Source of the DNA: Nemertoderma westbladi
Lineage: Eukaryota > Animalia > Xenacoelomorpha
DNA length: 64,000 nucleotides
Assembly (NCBI GenBank): GCA_032718475.1
Contig: JAUCBJ010004405.1
Span: 7,828-71,827 of the forward strand
Direction: 5' to 3'
Below, piece by piece: positions 62,618-64,000 of the stretch. The position numbers and the translations under genes are program-made. The notes beneath the pieces are model-generated. The model worked only from the letters and a program-made list of their open reading frames with translations. It had not been told where the DNA came from and did no database searches. How positions within the stretch are numbered: position 1 is the stretch's first letter; every line of letters begins with the position of its first letter.

Positions 62618-62761
62618 TATCACAGGGTAGATACGCGAACACTGCCGAGGGTTTGCTAATCATTAACGTTGGTAGAAACGATGGAGGTGTTTACAGATGC
62701 AACGCCATAGACAGTGAATATGGAGACACGGATGACGTCATAATTGACGTATACGTTATTG
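62618..62761 (+). CDS. NCAM/Fas2-like gene, exon: second half of Ig2
   Basis: TTTCAG| ... |GTGAGT, phase 1-1, 144 nt; GRYANTAEGLLIINVGRNDGGVYRCNAIDSEYGDTDDVIIDVYV. Confidence 0.92.
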
Positions 62762-62767
62762 GTGAGT

Positions 62768-63678
62768 CGAAGTTATGGTGATCCCAGGAGGATATCTTAA
62801 TTTGAGACAAAATAAGATAAGTAGTGCGATTTGAAAGAACATAATTATTGTTTAAATCCGGAACGTTTCGTATATTACGTTATACATCATCAGCCATAAT
62901 ACTGTAGGTACAAAATAACTATAATTATATGAAAAAACCTACAATTAATGTAAAAGATAAGAGTAAACAAAATTCAAAATGTGATAGGATGGGTAATTAC
63001 GATAAATGTAAATTAGAATATTTTTACTAAGTATAATGAAGTAAATGCAGAATTACAGAGAAATTATAGAAAAAATTACAGTACCGGTAGCAATCAAAGA
63101 CTAAAGGCAGTAAACTAACTAGGTAGTGTGTTCATTACAGTAGATACATTAGAATTGTAAGGTATGTAATAGTTATCATAATTAAAATAGATATAGCGGG
63201 AATGAAGTGCCTTGTATGTTAAGTGATGGTCTTCGTTTCTGTATAATTAGACTTTCTTTAATTAGTAGATCGTAGTTGTTAGTGGCTGTACCTATAATAT
63301 TAAAGTCTTGGTATTCGAATTACATACCTTACAATTCTAATGTATCTACTGTAATGAACACACTACCTAGTTAGTTTACTGCCTTTAGTCTTTGATTGCT
63401 ACCGGTACTGTAATTTTTTCTATAATTTCTCTGTAATTCTGCATTTACTTCATTATACTTAGTAAAAATATTCTAATTTACATTTATCGTAATTACCCAT
63501 CCTATCACATTTTGAATTTTGTTTACTCTTATCTTTTACATTAATTGTAGGTTTTTTCATATAATTATAGTTATTTTGTACCTACAGTATTATGGCTGAT
63601 GATGTATAACGTAATATACGAAACGTTCCGGGTTTAAACAATAATTATGTTCTTTCAAATCGCACTACTTATCTTATT
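62768..63678 (-). mobile_element. 5'-truncated Penelope-like element with inverted pseudo-LTRs
   Basis: 360-bp inverted arms 62811-63170 / 63319-63678. The minus-strand spacer encodes the GIY-YIG C-terminus FNIIGTATNNYDLLIKESLIIQKRRPSLNIQGTSFPLYLF*. Flanked by duplicated TTATTGGTGAGT. Confidence 0.9.
63593..63630 (+). ncRNA. Minimal hammerhead ribozyme motif in the Penelope arm (mirror copy on the minus strand near 62859-62896)
   Basis: TGG-CTGATGA-T-GTATA/TATAC stem II-GAAACGTT-CCG; palindromic stem III as in Penelope minimal hammerheads; stem I is only ~3 bp. Confidence 0.65.
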
Positions 63679-63733
63679 GGTGAGTAAGTATATAATTGTT
63701 TTGAAATTGTTAATTGAATGGGAGAATCTTTTA

Positions 63734-63890
63734 GGCTCGTTAAGCCAAGGAATGCCTGTTCACCACCATGGGTGATCTTCCACAGTAAACCCTTCCACTC
63801 TGTTTCCCAAGTTGCCTTGGTTCCCATTTATCGACCACTGAAGGATGAAAGCCGGGGTTTGACTAGGCTGCAGCATTTAAAGCACTGTGT
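63734..63890 (-). mobile_element. SINE fragment with a single copy of the 63-bp satellite unit
   Basis: Deu/Nin-like GCTTTCATCCTTCAGTGGTCGATAAATG followed by one unit GGAAACAGAGTGGAAGGG...CAGGCATTCCTT and tail GGCTTAACGAGCC. Confidence 0.8.
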
Positions 63891-64000
63891 TAATTAAATT
63901 AAATAATAACTTAATTAAAATTGTTATAAATAAATAATTATATCGCTTCAGAGTATTTCCTTTTATCATTCTGTAGTTATATGACAAATAACGTCGGCTG

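Overview
AT-rich, repeat-dense eukaryotic DNA from an invertebrate animal (a deuterostome such as an echinoderm is plausible but not provable here). It contains three minus-strand BEL/Pao LTR retrotransposons. A (1-~8240) is decayed and runs off the window. B (~8290-21415) has an intact pol and is inserted in a 63-bp satellite. C (49134-61835) is complete, with 1186-bp near-identical LTRs and an AGTTT target duplication, lacks RT and integrase, and carries an extra 376-aa ORF. A plus-strand NCAM/Fasciclin-II-like Ig gene has four visible exons (43777-62761) and hosts element C and a Penelope fragment in its introns. The rest is SINEs, MITEs, Helentron-like elements and tandem repeats. Main observation: elements B and C have no tRNA primer-binding site. 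Instead, the 11-12 nt next to the 5' LTR are exactly complementary to a site inside their own LTR, and the two sites co-vary between B and C. This suggests tRNA-independent self-priming in a BEL/Pao lineage. All coordinates were read by eye and no database searches were run.
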